Below, piece by piece: positions 14,125 to 25,237 of a stretch of DNA of 64,000 nucleotides (the first letter of the stretch is position 1; every line of letters begins with the position of its first letter). Source of the DNA: the human T2T-CHM13v2.0 reference genome, Homo sapiens; the NCBI RefSeq assembly GCF_009914755.1, contig NC_060937.1; one strand, 5' to 3'. The position numbers and the translations under genes are program-made. The notes below the pieces were generated by a model, which was not told the origin of the DNA, made no database searches, and saw only the letters and a program-made list of their open reading frames with translations.

Positions 14125-14800
14125 TTTACTCATTCATTCAACAAACCGATATATCTTCTGTGTGTAATGCCCCGTGTGATGTAATGGAAGTAGAGACAAA
14201 GTGACCAGAACATATAAAGAGGAGAATTCCCTTAAGTGAAATACAGGTAACATTAGTGTCTGACATTATGGGACGAATGTTAACTAGATAAAAATCATAC
14301 AAGGATGTTTATAGACCACAGGCTGTGAAGAAAATGTAAAAGGATATGGGATAGAACCCAAGATAATTTTAATATTTAGAATTTGTATAAAGAGAGAGAA
14401 AAGACTCAGAGAAGAACAAGGAGACTCTGTTGGTACAGGGTTGGAGAGACAAGATATGTTTTCAGGATTGAGAAATTAATAGATTCGAATAATGCCCTTC
14501 TGTATTGTGTCATGTGTAGGGAGAATGGAAAACACTGGATCTGGCAACTTCAAAGTCACTGATGACCTTGCCCAGATTGATTATGGTAAGTAAGAGATAA
14601 AAGATTTACCATCTAATGATTTCTCTTTTTACAGTCACGTGTGAGGCAAGCTCATCTGCTAAGATGGCAGAATTGAGGTGGAGTGACAGATATTTGAAGA
14701 AAGAAGAAGATAAAATGTATTCTCAGAAGTGAGGAAGTGAGTCTACCACTAGAATAGGAGGGTGAGGGTGATCAGGCAATGTGGTAAGCCTGTTTGCCTC
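14125..14800 (-). mobile_element. Probable degraded L2 fragments
   Basis: Begins TTACTCATTCATTCAACAAA (reverse of the L2 3' tail), followed by purine-rich L2-like sequence. Confidence 0.4.
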
Positions 14801-14882
14801 CCGAAATACTGAACATTAGGTAAGACTAAGGGGTTAGAGCGAATATGTAATTCAGCTGCTGGGTTACAGGCACAGAGAAAGC

Positions 14883-15196
14883 ATTATTTATTATTATTAT
14901 TATTTTTTTTTTTTGAAGACTGAGTCTCACTCCATCACCCAGGCTGGAGTACAGGTGGCAGCATCTCGGCTCACTGCCTGAACCTCCCGGGTTCAACCGA
15001 TTCTCCTGCCTCAGCCTCCCGAGTAGCTGGAATTAAAGGTGACCACCACCATACCCAGCTAATTTTTAAAATTTTTAATAGAGATGAGGTTTCACCATGT
15101 TGGCCAGGCTGATCTTGAATTCCTGACCTCAGGTGATCCACCCACCTCAGCCTCCCAAAGTGCTGGGATTACAGGTGTGAGCCACCATGCCCGGCC
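14883..15196 (-). mobile_element. AluS (Sx/Sz-like) with (TTA)n tail
   Basis: Complete dimer; CCTGACCTCAGGTGATCCACCC. Confidence 0.95.
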
Positions 15197-16317
15197 TAGA
15201 AACCCTATTTTTTAGTTCACTCACAGTTGGAATTTTGAAATACAAATATTATGGAGATGGGGGTGGTAAGTAATTGGGTGTGCAATGAACTTAAGTACAC
15301 TTATGGGGGAGTGACTATATTGATGGACTGTAGACCTTAGGATTCTTAAAAGAAAGTGAAGGAAGGAAGTGGATAATGGATGGATTATGAACAAAGAGTG
15401 AGACTAGTAGACGAGTGGATGTCATGTTTCAGAAGTGGCAAAAGAGTTGTACCGTGAGTACTTAAAGAAAACTAAAGGGAAAAATATTTTTGAAAGCTGA
15501 GGTTCTTGCATTTTAACTCCTTAGGAGGAGAATGTTTCTGATGATGATAATTGTTCTGAGAGTGGTTATAAAAGAGAGTAGGTGAAGTTTTAAGGAAAAT
15601 TTTATTAGAGATAAGAGAATGAAGAAACTGAAAGACTGAGTGTCATCTGAAATAAATATATATGTGGATATTGAAGTTGCCCAGAATTATAACAGCAACT
15701 CTGGTAAAAGACAACTTTGAGTCAAGAGCTGAGTTTTCACTGAATCAATGGAAGTGAGCCAGAGATTGGTTTATGATGGAAAAAAGGAAGATGAGTGAGT
15801 AGTTCACATTGAATGGGTTTGATCCTTAAAGAAACAGAATTTTTTTTTATCTTTGGAAGAGAGAAGGATTTAATCATTTGAAAGTTATATTAAGGTAACA
15901 TTAAGGTAACATGACAGCTGTGCGTATCCTATGGAACTGTGGTAGGACAGAAAATAAAATAGACGCCATCAGCTTGAGGTGGCTACAAAGGAGAATTCAG
16001 GGCACAATCAAGTTTCTTTAAGGACAAAGAGGTAAAATAAACATTCTGAGAAGAGCTTCAGAATGCCACACAGTTTGCTTATCATTGATTTGAAGCTCTC
16101 CAGAAAAAAAAGAACAATAGCTTATGATGTATGGATTAGGAACTGGTTCAGATTGGGGAGACAGAGAAAAGTTGGGACATGAGAGTTCAGGTCATAATGC
16201 ATGCCTTGAGGCCTGAGGGAAACAGAAACATGCCACATCATGGGATTGATCTTGGTCAGAACTGAAAGCTGGGTGGTCAGCGCTGGTTCCATGGGCAGTA
16301 ATGATTTCCTCTGTTTT

Positions 16318-16348
<31 letters not shown>

Positions 16349-16716
16349 CTGTAATGATTTACTCTATATCCAGGAGAGGTATACACTGAAACTTCAGAGT
16401 TGGCAGTATAGACCTGTATGACAGAGAAAGACAGTTTTGCTGTCCTGCCACTTATTTCATTCTATCTCTCACTGTGCTTGGGTCACACATTGTCTCATCT
16501 TCTCTGGAGTTTATAACTCCTCTAGAACAGTAATCAGACTTATTTATGTTTCCACTTTGCATTTTGCTTGCCCTTGTAGCAGCATGCAAAAAAATAATTT
16601 TTCTTCTTAATTGGGTAGGAGACATAGAGATTACATGACACAAATGCTCCCTATTGATACAACTTTTCTCTATTTAAAAGAGTGACATTAATTTTAAAAT
16701 CAAAGTTATTCATGTG

Positions 16717-16952
16717 CAGTTGACCTCTGAACAACATGGGTTTGAACAGATCCACTTATACATGGATAATTTTTAACCAAGTAAGATTGAAACTACACTA
16801 TTCAGGGGCTGTGAAAGCCACGCATACTGAGGACTGACTTTTCTGAACGTGGGCTCTGAAGGGCACGCTGTGGGACTTGAGTAAGTGGGGATTTCTGTAT
16901 CTGCGGAAGTCTTGGAATCAATCCCCCTCACTCTTGTACAGAAGGACAACTG
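16717..16952. mobile_element. MER8-like Tigger-family MITE
   Basis: Termini CAGTTGACC.. and ..GGACAACTG followed by TA; internal sequence is a CpG-decayed match to the recalled MER8 consensus; ~236 bp. Confidence 0.85.
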
Positions 16953-17769
16953 TAGGACACTTTAAGGAAACACATACTTTTACAGAGGTTTGTATGATGA
17001 AGAGTGCTCTCCAAGATGCACTCTCCTTTTCATTGACTCACGTGTCATGTAGCTGATTCTCTTGGCATTTACCTTCATATCCTAAGTTATTTAGTCACCT
17101 TCTGACATTCTGCCTTTAGACATCATCTATTCTTACGTTGAGATTATTTAGACTTGGAGCTAAATTTTCTAAGTCAAAAATTTAGAAATAATCAAAATGC
17201 CTATTTCTTAGTGAAAAACATTTTTTCATTTGTTTTTTTTTAAATAGAAGCACACGCACATATAGACCCCCTCAAAATAACATTGATCCTAGAACACTGC
17301 ATGCTTCCATTTGAACTGTAGAATAAACAGCTTTTTATTTGTCCTGATTTAAGATGCATGGTAGTGAGATAATAGTTTGAAGCCACATGTCCATTTGAAA
17401 ATGGAATTTTTACTAAATGTCACACTGTAGCTCTCCGCTGTTTTTCTAGAGAAAGTATATTCGTTCCCTGAAGGAAAATATACTTATGGAAAGCTATATC
17501 CTATAACTCAAGGGTAATGTTGTATGCCAGCTTTGAACCTGAAAGATCTCCACCCTGCTGCACATAACCCTTTGTAATGTAAATGCAATCGAGTGCATAT
17601 AAACTGTCAGATTCTTGTGCAAAAATGGTCTAATTTACTTGGTATCAAGCTTATGCATAAACAGTAACAACACTGTGTGCATGCATAATAAAAAATACAC
17701 GGTTTCTTAGCAATTACATTTCTGGTAAGAAATATACAACATTATGAGTACAAATCAAAGAATATACAA

Positions 17770-17792
17770 TGTGTGTGTGTGTGTGTGTGTGT
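17770..17792. repeat. (TG)n microsatellite
   Basis: Seen directly. Confidence 0.95.
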
Positions 17793-18781
17793 GCTTACAC
17801 ACTGATTATTTCTAAGTGGTAGTATTATGAATAACTCATGCTTTCAGTTTTAGCTCATTTAAAAATATTCATTTCTCTAAGGAGTATGTAGAACTTTTAT
17901 TATCATAAATAGTACATGTGTATTTTTAGGTTTACCAACTAAGGAAATTCTTAGATAATTCATAGGAAACCATTCAGTAGGTTTTGGATGTTTGGACCTG
18001 ACTCTCACAGGTGAGAAATAACTGTGAGAGTTTTGGAAATACAGATTTGTAATCATCATTGCATAAACCATAAAGCTGTAGATTGTATGAGGCCCCTCAG
18101 TGGGGTCAAAATAAAATAAGAAGAGGAAAAGGCCAAGAAGATAGGCTTAATGAATTCTACCATTTCAAAAGCAGAGAGAGAAAAGAACCTATTTAAGATA
18201 CTGAGAAAAAAAAGTCCAAATATAAGGGAAAGTCCAGAAAAAGTACTCCTTTCAAGAATATGGGGAAATATCAAATGCTACATAGAAGCCAATTAAATGT
18301 GGACAAAAATATGTTGATTTATCCTATCAGTAAGACAACTGGAAAACTATAATAATTAATGGAGTGGCAGAGTCAGATTCAGGATTTTAGGGTGTTGAAG
18401 AGAAAATAAGAGTAAAACGCAAAGCTAATACATATAGATTATAATCTATTAAGACGCCTCAATGTAAAGGAAAATGCAAAGATAACTTGATATAACAGGG
18501 TGTATCCCAAGGACAAAAAGAGCAATTGATAGGCATCTGAGAAAACAGAGATTAGTCACCTGGCATTTTCTCCCAAACTAGTTAGGCACAGGCCAATCTG
18601 AAGGCTGTTAATTAAATCAGGCAAAGGATAGTTACATGTCTTACACTCCGAAGTGTGAATGTTAGAAGTTAACTTTCATGCCTTAGCAAAACAGGTACAC
18701 ATGATAGTGACTGGAGGAGACCACAGTTGTGGAAAATGTGAAGATAACATATAGAAATAAAAGTTTCCGTTTTTCTAAGGT

Positions 18782-18963
18782 AGAGGTTCTCTAACTTTAC
18801 AATGTATAGGAATCATCTGAAAGACTTGTTAAACACAGATACTGGGTTCTAACTCAAGAGTTTTTCAATTCATTGAAATGGAGATTGGTCTGATAATCTG
18901 CATTTTCAACAGGTTCCTAGATGATCGTAACTGCTACTAGAGTCCACACTCTGAAAACCGTTG
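18782..18963. mobile_element. MER5A-like hAT MITE
   Basis: GGTTCTC..GAATCA.CTG..CTTGTTAAA..CAGA..AATCTGCATTTT.AACA.GTTCC.AG.TGAT..CACACT.TGA.AACC. Confidence 0.75.
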
Positions 18964-20509
18964 TTTTCAGGGATCAGTATCAACTAGGAGCAGGTTGCTG
19001 AATTGTAATCCTATATGATGTAATAATTCAGTCTTTGAAGGTTAATTCTCAATTTCTTTAGGTAAAGTTTCTAGATCACTTAAATTTAACTTTTATGTCT
19101 CCCACCAGTAATTTTTTTTCTAAATAATAGCTCTCTGTCCACAGAAAAGGTATCTAAACAATTTAAGAGGACAAAGGAGTCCCTCATCGTTACTGGACCT
19201 ATGTGATGTACTCAGGGATGTTTATTTGTTTGTTTTTGGTGTCTGATATGGGCTCTTTGGTTAGAAACACTTCTAATGTGCAGCTATTCCAATCCTTGAG
19301 TATATTGCTTGCATCTTCTGCTGAAGTCTGTGAATCACATTACATGTGTTCACCTGTTTTGTGTTGACTGTCACTTTTGTTGGGGACTATGGTGCTCTCT
19401 GCCTGATTGGCCTCATCAAAACTCACTATGGCTCTGAGACTTTTATGGTGATTTTGCCTTGCTGTCTATTTGGAGCATAGCTTCAGTTTACTAAACTCTT
19501 AACATACTTTCAATTTAGATATTTTCTGCATCACCTTCCAGGCCTCATAAAACTTGTAAATATCTTCCATGAATACACACAGGAAAAAAGAATAACTTGA
19601 GCTAAATTTATGTGACAGTACACCAAGTTTGGGATTAGCCAGAAGAAACCAAGAGTAGAGAGAGTGGACCCTGTCTGCAAGTATCCATTCCTGCCTCCCT
19701 GACCACTCCCATTTCTTCCTGGCACCAGTCTCTAAACCAGAAATGGTAGACTAAGGGATTTATATCTCCTCTCCAAATATACTCCTTGCCTTTTCTGAAA
19801 AATTTGCTTTAGATATTTTACAATGTGGTAAAAAATTTAGAAAAAACATTTTATGTCAAAACATCTCATTTTTAAGCCTATTGTATTGCTGTATCATTAA
19901 GATGTTGTTTTTGAATATGAAGAATTTTAATCATTTATCTCTTCAAGGATGCTAGAGTAATCATTTCCCCTTACCAATGTTCTCTTTTCACCCCAGGGCT
20001 GAAAGATACCGTAAATTGATTAGAAACAAATCATGTACACACAAATAGAAACATAATAGACTTACAGATATATTAACCTATAACTTTATCAAATAAATAA
20101 AGGATATAATAATTGGAAGGCATGAATATATTAGCCTTAATAATATATGGATATTAAGAAAATAGACTATATTAAGAAAAGTGAAGTATCTAGTTAAAAC
20201 TATAAAAAAAATTCACATCCAGTAGTTTTATATAAAAGAGAGGCAAAAGGTGAGATATATTACAGTATTTTAAAAAATACTTATTTTGCTGCCAAAAATA
20301 TTAAATTTGTGTCCAGAGGCTTATTCTATTATATATTGTTAATGTGGCCAGCTTCTAGCAGAATCAGATGTACTCTTAAACTGTGAAATTTAATTGTGGT
20401 CCCTCACTTGTATGAAGCATTTTGAGTGTACAAAGCAATGTGTTCCTCTGGTCATCTGTTAGTGTAATATTTGCAAAAGTACGATATTTTTATATTCTTT
20501 TTTTAAACA

Positions 20510-21135
20510 ATTGGTATGCTAGATTAAAGATGGCTTCAGGTTCTGTGCTAATCCCCCCTTGGAGAGATGGAGATTAATTTTCCTCCCATTAAATCTGGGC
20601 TGGCTTAGTAAATTGGTTGACCAATACAATGTAGCAGAACTGTGACATTCTGGGACTTCCAGTGCTAAGTTATAAGAAGCTTTATGTATTTTTCCTAAGG
20701 TTTTTCCAATGCTCACGCTGCAGGAAGCCAGACACCTTCTATTATGTCCAACCTTATCGAGACCACCAAGCTGTGTGAAAGCTAATCTAGTTACTTGGAG
20801 AAGCCACAGGGGAAGAAATGCAGGTGATTCTTCAGCTGTCTTGGTTGTATGAACCCTGGCACCAGACTGTGAGTGAAGATGCCATCTTGAACATTCTAGC
20901 CCTAGTATACATCATGTGAAAAAGAACCAAGGGTCTGGTATCATGGCCAAGCTGAGCTGGTCCAGACATCTCTAGCCATCCAAGACACCCTAGCTGAGGT
21001 CTCAAACATCATACAACAGAGGTGGTCTCACCCCTCTGTGCCCTTCTCAGACTCATAATCCAAAGAATCATACACATTAAAATGGTATTTTGTGTTCCTA
21101 AATTTAAAATTGGTTATGCATCAATAGATAAATAT
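20510..21135 (+). mobile_element. MaLR solo LTR, MLT1G/F-like
   Basis: AGATTAAAGATGGC..AATCTGGGCTGGCTTAGT..TTGACCAATA.AATGT.GCAGAA..GGTTATGCA.CAATAGATAA. Confidence 0.85.
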
Positions 21136-21324
21136 AAGTGGGAATTTTAAAAAATCTACAAGTCTAGAATGTTTTAGGTTTGATACCATCTCCCACATTA
21201 ACTGTTGAGAAAAGGGCTCAGCTTGTGCTGGATGAAAATTCTATCACTTTCTAATTGAGAGTCCTTATCTTTAAACAATTCATTGATATATTCACATTTT
21301 TAAATGGCATCACCAATAACTTAA

Positions 21325-24300
21325 CCATTTCTGGTCTGGCATATAAGGATTTTAGGAGTTACTACTCCAAGTTAACAAAAAATAAAAAGCTGAACGAACT
21401 GAAAAATTAATTTCTCTAAGATCTGTAAAAGAAGTAAGGTCGTAGGGCAAAACGCTGCCCCCAAACTGGGAGACAAAGAAGCAAATACAGACAATCTCAA
21501 CTTACTGGAGAAGAAACCCGTGAGCAGAAACCTTCACATCAACCAACGCTGGGGCTGGAGAACCGAAACCGAAATGAATTGCTGGATGCTCAGTGTGCAC
21601 AAGTGTGGGAGTCACATACTCCAAGGGAAGCCTGTGATGATGGTAGGGTTTCCCACACTTTTAAAAATTTTACCTCCAGGAACGTGGCCAGGTTCTCACA
21701 GTGAATATCAGAGAAAAATCTTCTCATGCTTCTGTCAGGCGGAGCGGAAATGTAGCCATTTTGAAAAGCACCAGAATATTCTGTTCCATTAAAAAGTCTG
21801 CATAAGGAGAAACTATTTAACCAGAGCATAACCTGCTAGAGTTTTATCAGAGTCTAAATGACTTGGTTAAAGGGAAATACCCAACTCTATTTCACTTGGG
21901 TATTTCCCAAGCCATCGTGTTTCACTTGGGGTAGGGGAGGTGCAGAAGCATATGCTAAGTTGAAAGTTAAGAGTTACAGGCTGCTTCCCCTCCCCATACG
22001 CCTTACCACCATAGTACTAAAAGCCTATTTATAGATGTCTCTTACCTTATACATCCTGTATGGCAATCATGCAAGAATTACAAGGCATACTGAAAGGCAA
22101 CAACCACAGTTTGAAGAGACAAAGCGAAAATTAGAACCAGACACATATATAGCAAAAAAATGGGATTAAAAACCTCGGAATTTAAAATAACTATGATTAA
22201 TATCCTAAGGGTGTCAATAAATAAAACAGATAGTTTTGCAACAACAGATGGGCAATGCAATCAGAGTGGAATTTCTTATAAAGAATAAAAAGAAAATGCT
22301 ACAGATCAAAAACATTGTTACAGAAATGAAGAATACCTTTGATGGTCTTACTAGTAGACCAGACACAGTGAAGAAAGAATATCTGAGACTGAGGATATCA
22401 AGAGAAACCTCCGAAACTGAAAAGCAAAAAAAAAAATAGACTAAAAACACCGAGCAAACTCCCCAAGAACTGTGGAACAACTACAAAAAAGATGCAACAT
22501 GTGTAATGGAAGAAGAAGAAAGAGAGAAAGGAATACAAGAAATATTTGAAGCAGAAAATCAAAGATAAAAATAAATCTCTAAAGAGATCAGATTTTTAAA
22601 AAGTACTGTATCTCCAGAGGATCAAAGATAAAATTAAAGTCACCTTCTCTTCAGAAACCATTCAAGCAAGAAAAAAGTTGAGTACAATATTTAAAGGGCT
22701 GCAAGAAAAAAAAACACCAACTTAAAATTCTGTGTCTTGCAATATTATTCTATTAAAGTGAAAGAGAAATAAAGACCTTCTCAGACAAACAAAAATGTGT
22801 AGTCAGTAGACCTGCATTTCAATAATTGTTTTAAAGTTATTAACAGAGAAGGAAGAAGATACAGGCCAGAAACTCAGATGCACATCAAGAATGAGGCATG
22901 AGAGGAGAAATAAGTAAAGATTCCAGACTAAGACCATATGCCTTTCACAAAAATTAACTCAAGATAGATCTTAGAACTAAAGGTAAACACAAAACTATGA
23001 AACTCCAGAAGAAAACATAAGAGAAATTCTAAATAACCTTGGGGTTGGTGATGACTTTTTACATATAACACCAAATGCACAATACATAAAAGAAATAACT
23101 CATAAACTAGACTTTATTTTAAAAATTTGCTCCATGAAAGACACTGTGAAAAGAACAAAAAGACAAGCCAGGGCCTTGGAGGAAATATTTTAGGAAGACA
23201 TACCTTGCAAAGGGCCGTTATCTATTATAATGAATTAAAACTTCACAATATAGAAATGAACAACTTGATTGAAAAATGGGACAAAAACCTTAACAGACAC
23301 TTCACCAAAATAGATATACAGATAGCAAATAAGCATGTGAAGAGATGTTCCACATCATTTATCATCAGGGAAATGCAAATTAAAACAAAAGTTAGATACC
23401 ATTATGCACCTATTGGAATAATTAGTATCCAGAACATAGACAACTTCAAATGCTGGCAAGGATGTGAATCTAGAGAAACTACCATTCATTGTTGATGAGA
23501 AGGCTAAATGTTATAGCCACTTTCAAAGACAGTTTGCTATGTCTTATAAAACTTAGCGTAAATTTAGTATACAATCCAGCTTCTTGGTAGTAACAAATTA
23601 GTAGCAATTTTAAGTTCACACAAAAACCTTCAGACGAATGCTTTTAGTAGCTTTATTTATAATTGCCAAACTTGGAAGCAACCAAAATGCCCTGAAAAGA
23701 CATGGCAGAAACTTAACTACATACTTTTAAGTAAAGGAAGCCAGTATAATAATGCTACATACTGTATAATTCAAACTATATGACGTTCTGGGAAAAGGCA
23801 AAACTATGGAGACAGTAAAAACACCAATCATTGTCAGGGGTTAGGGTGCAGGGAGGGTTGAATAGCTGGAGGAATTCTTAAGGGGTAAATTTATTCATTA
23901 TGATACTAAAATGGTAAGTACATGTTGTTATACATTTTCCAAATCCACAAGATGCAGAACATCAGAAGTGAACCTTAATGTAAGCTATGGAATTTGGATG
24001 ATAATGGTGTATCAGTGTAGATTAATCAACTGTACTGGTAGGGGATGTTGACAATGATGAAAGCTACGCTTGTTAACTTTATGTTAAATTTTATAAGACA
24101 CTACCAAATTGTCTTTGAAAGTGGCTATGACATTTAGCCTTCTCACCAACAATGAATAGCAGTTTCTCTACATCCACATCCTTCTCAGAATTTGAAGTTG
24201 TCTATGTTCTGGATACTGATTATTCCAATAGGTACATAGTGGTATCTAACTTTCGTTTTAATTTGCATTTCCCTGATGACATATGATGGGGAAGGGATAT

Positions 24301-24372
24301 GGAAAAGCTCTCTACTTTCCATTCAATTTTGCGATGAACCATAAACTGTTCTAAAAATTTTGACTATTTTTT
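21325..24372 (+). mobile_element. L1MC/L1MD-like element: 5' UTR, ORF1 remnants, large internal deletion near 22930, ORF2 end and 3' UTR
   Basis: ORF 22236-22439 is ORF1-like (EMKNTFDGLTSRPDT); ORF 23127-23495 is ORF2-like (NRHFTK.DIQIANKHVKRCSTSFIIREMQIKT); 3' UTR ends CAATTTTGC..TGAACC..AAACTG.TCTAAAAA. Confidence 0.88.
24074..24293 (-). repeat. Inverted duplicate of 23348-23566 inserted in the L1 3' UTR
   Basis: Reverse complement aligns almost gap-free to 23348-23566 at roughly 85-90% by eye. Confidence 0.93.
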
Positions 24373-24878
24373 AAAATATCATATTTAAAAAATCTTAAGG
24401 TATAGGATGAATGTGGATTGTAAAGTTGAAGAATCAATATCTCACATTTCTAAGTACAAATACTATCAACTCTAAAGAATCTAGCTGTGTTAATCAAATT
24501 CAATTAAATTATAGCTTGGTGACTATAAATGAAGCTGAAGGATACTACAGAAATGCTAAGTTTCTATAATTTTCTTGTAAGAAAAGTAAATTATATTCCT
24601 ACAGAAAAAAAAGTTAACTCTTTTTTTTGTTTTGTTTTGGGAGCAATGTTGGTAAAAATTTGTCTGTTTTGAAATATTAAAATTTTTATCACTTTTAAGA
24701 TAGTTCATAAAAAATGTTCAATGTTAAATTACCTAAAACCAAATCTGCACTCCTTTCACACATAATAACAATGGTTTTAGAACTGTAGCCAAGCATTAAA
24801 TAATATCGATTGTGTATCTTCTTGTTAAAATGAAAAATAGGCTTGTGGAGAACATGAAGGGGACTTCTGGACTAATGA

Positions 24879-25199
24879 TGAGGCTGCCAGGTGGGAGGGG
24901 GTTCCCGGCAAAACTCCAGCTGGCCTGCGCACTGGGGTGGAGCCTTGGGAAGTTCTCGCGGTTTGCCGTGGGCTCAGCCCCTCCTCTTCCTGTGTGGAAA
25001 CTGGGATTTGAACTGGGAAGGTGGGAAGCAATCTAGCAGGGGCCTCTGGGCTTGCGGAGAGTCCCTGTTTTCCCTTTTTTCTTTTTCACCCAATAAAACC
25101 TTGCTTTTCTCACCCCTCAAACCATCTGTGAACCCAGACTTTCTAGGCCATGGAACAAGGACCCCATCTTTATCTGAACTAAGGAAAAGTCCTGCACCA
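24879..25199 (+). repeat. 5' LTR (MER61A-like)
   Basis: TGAGGCTGCCAGGTGGGAGGGG..CCCCTCCTCTTCCTGTGTGGAA..CCAATAAAACC..AAGGAAAAGTCCTGCACCA. Confidence 0.92.
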
Positions 25200-25202
25200 T
25201 TT

Positions 25203-25220
25203 TGGCGCGCAACGTGGGGG
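25203..25220 (+). promoter_or_regulatory. Primer-binding site, tRNA-Lys(CUU)-like
   Basis: TGGCGCGCAACGTGGGGG versus Lys1,2 PBS TGGCGCCCAACGTGGGGC (16/18), 3 nt after the LTR end. Confidence 0.8.
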
Positions 25221-25228
25221 TTCGAGAA

Positions 25229-25237
25229 GCGGTGAGT
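25229..25237 (+). promoter_or_regulatory. Probable proviral major splice donor
   Basis: GCG|GTGAGT just downstream of the PBS, the usual retroviral position. Confidence 0.55.

Noticed and set aside
17540-17700. Possible ancient conserved element with several TGCA/ATGCA motifs
   Set aside because: No family could be recognised and conservation cannot be judged from one sequence
24879-25199. p53 response element, known from some MER61 subfamilies
   Set aside because: I found no paired RRRCWWGYYY half-sites in either LTR by eye
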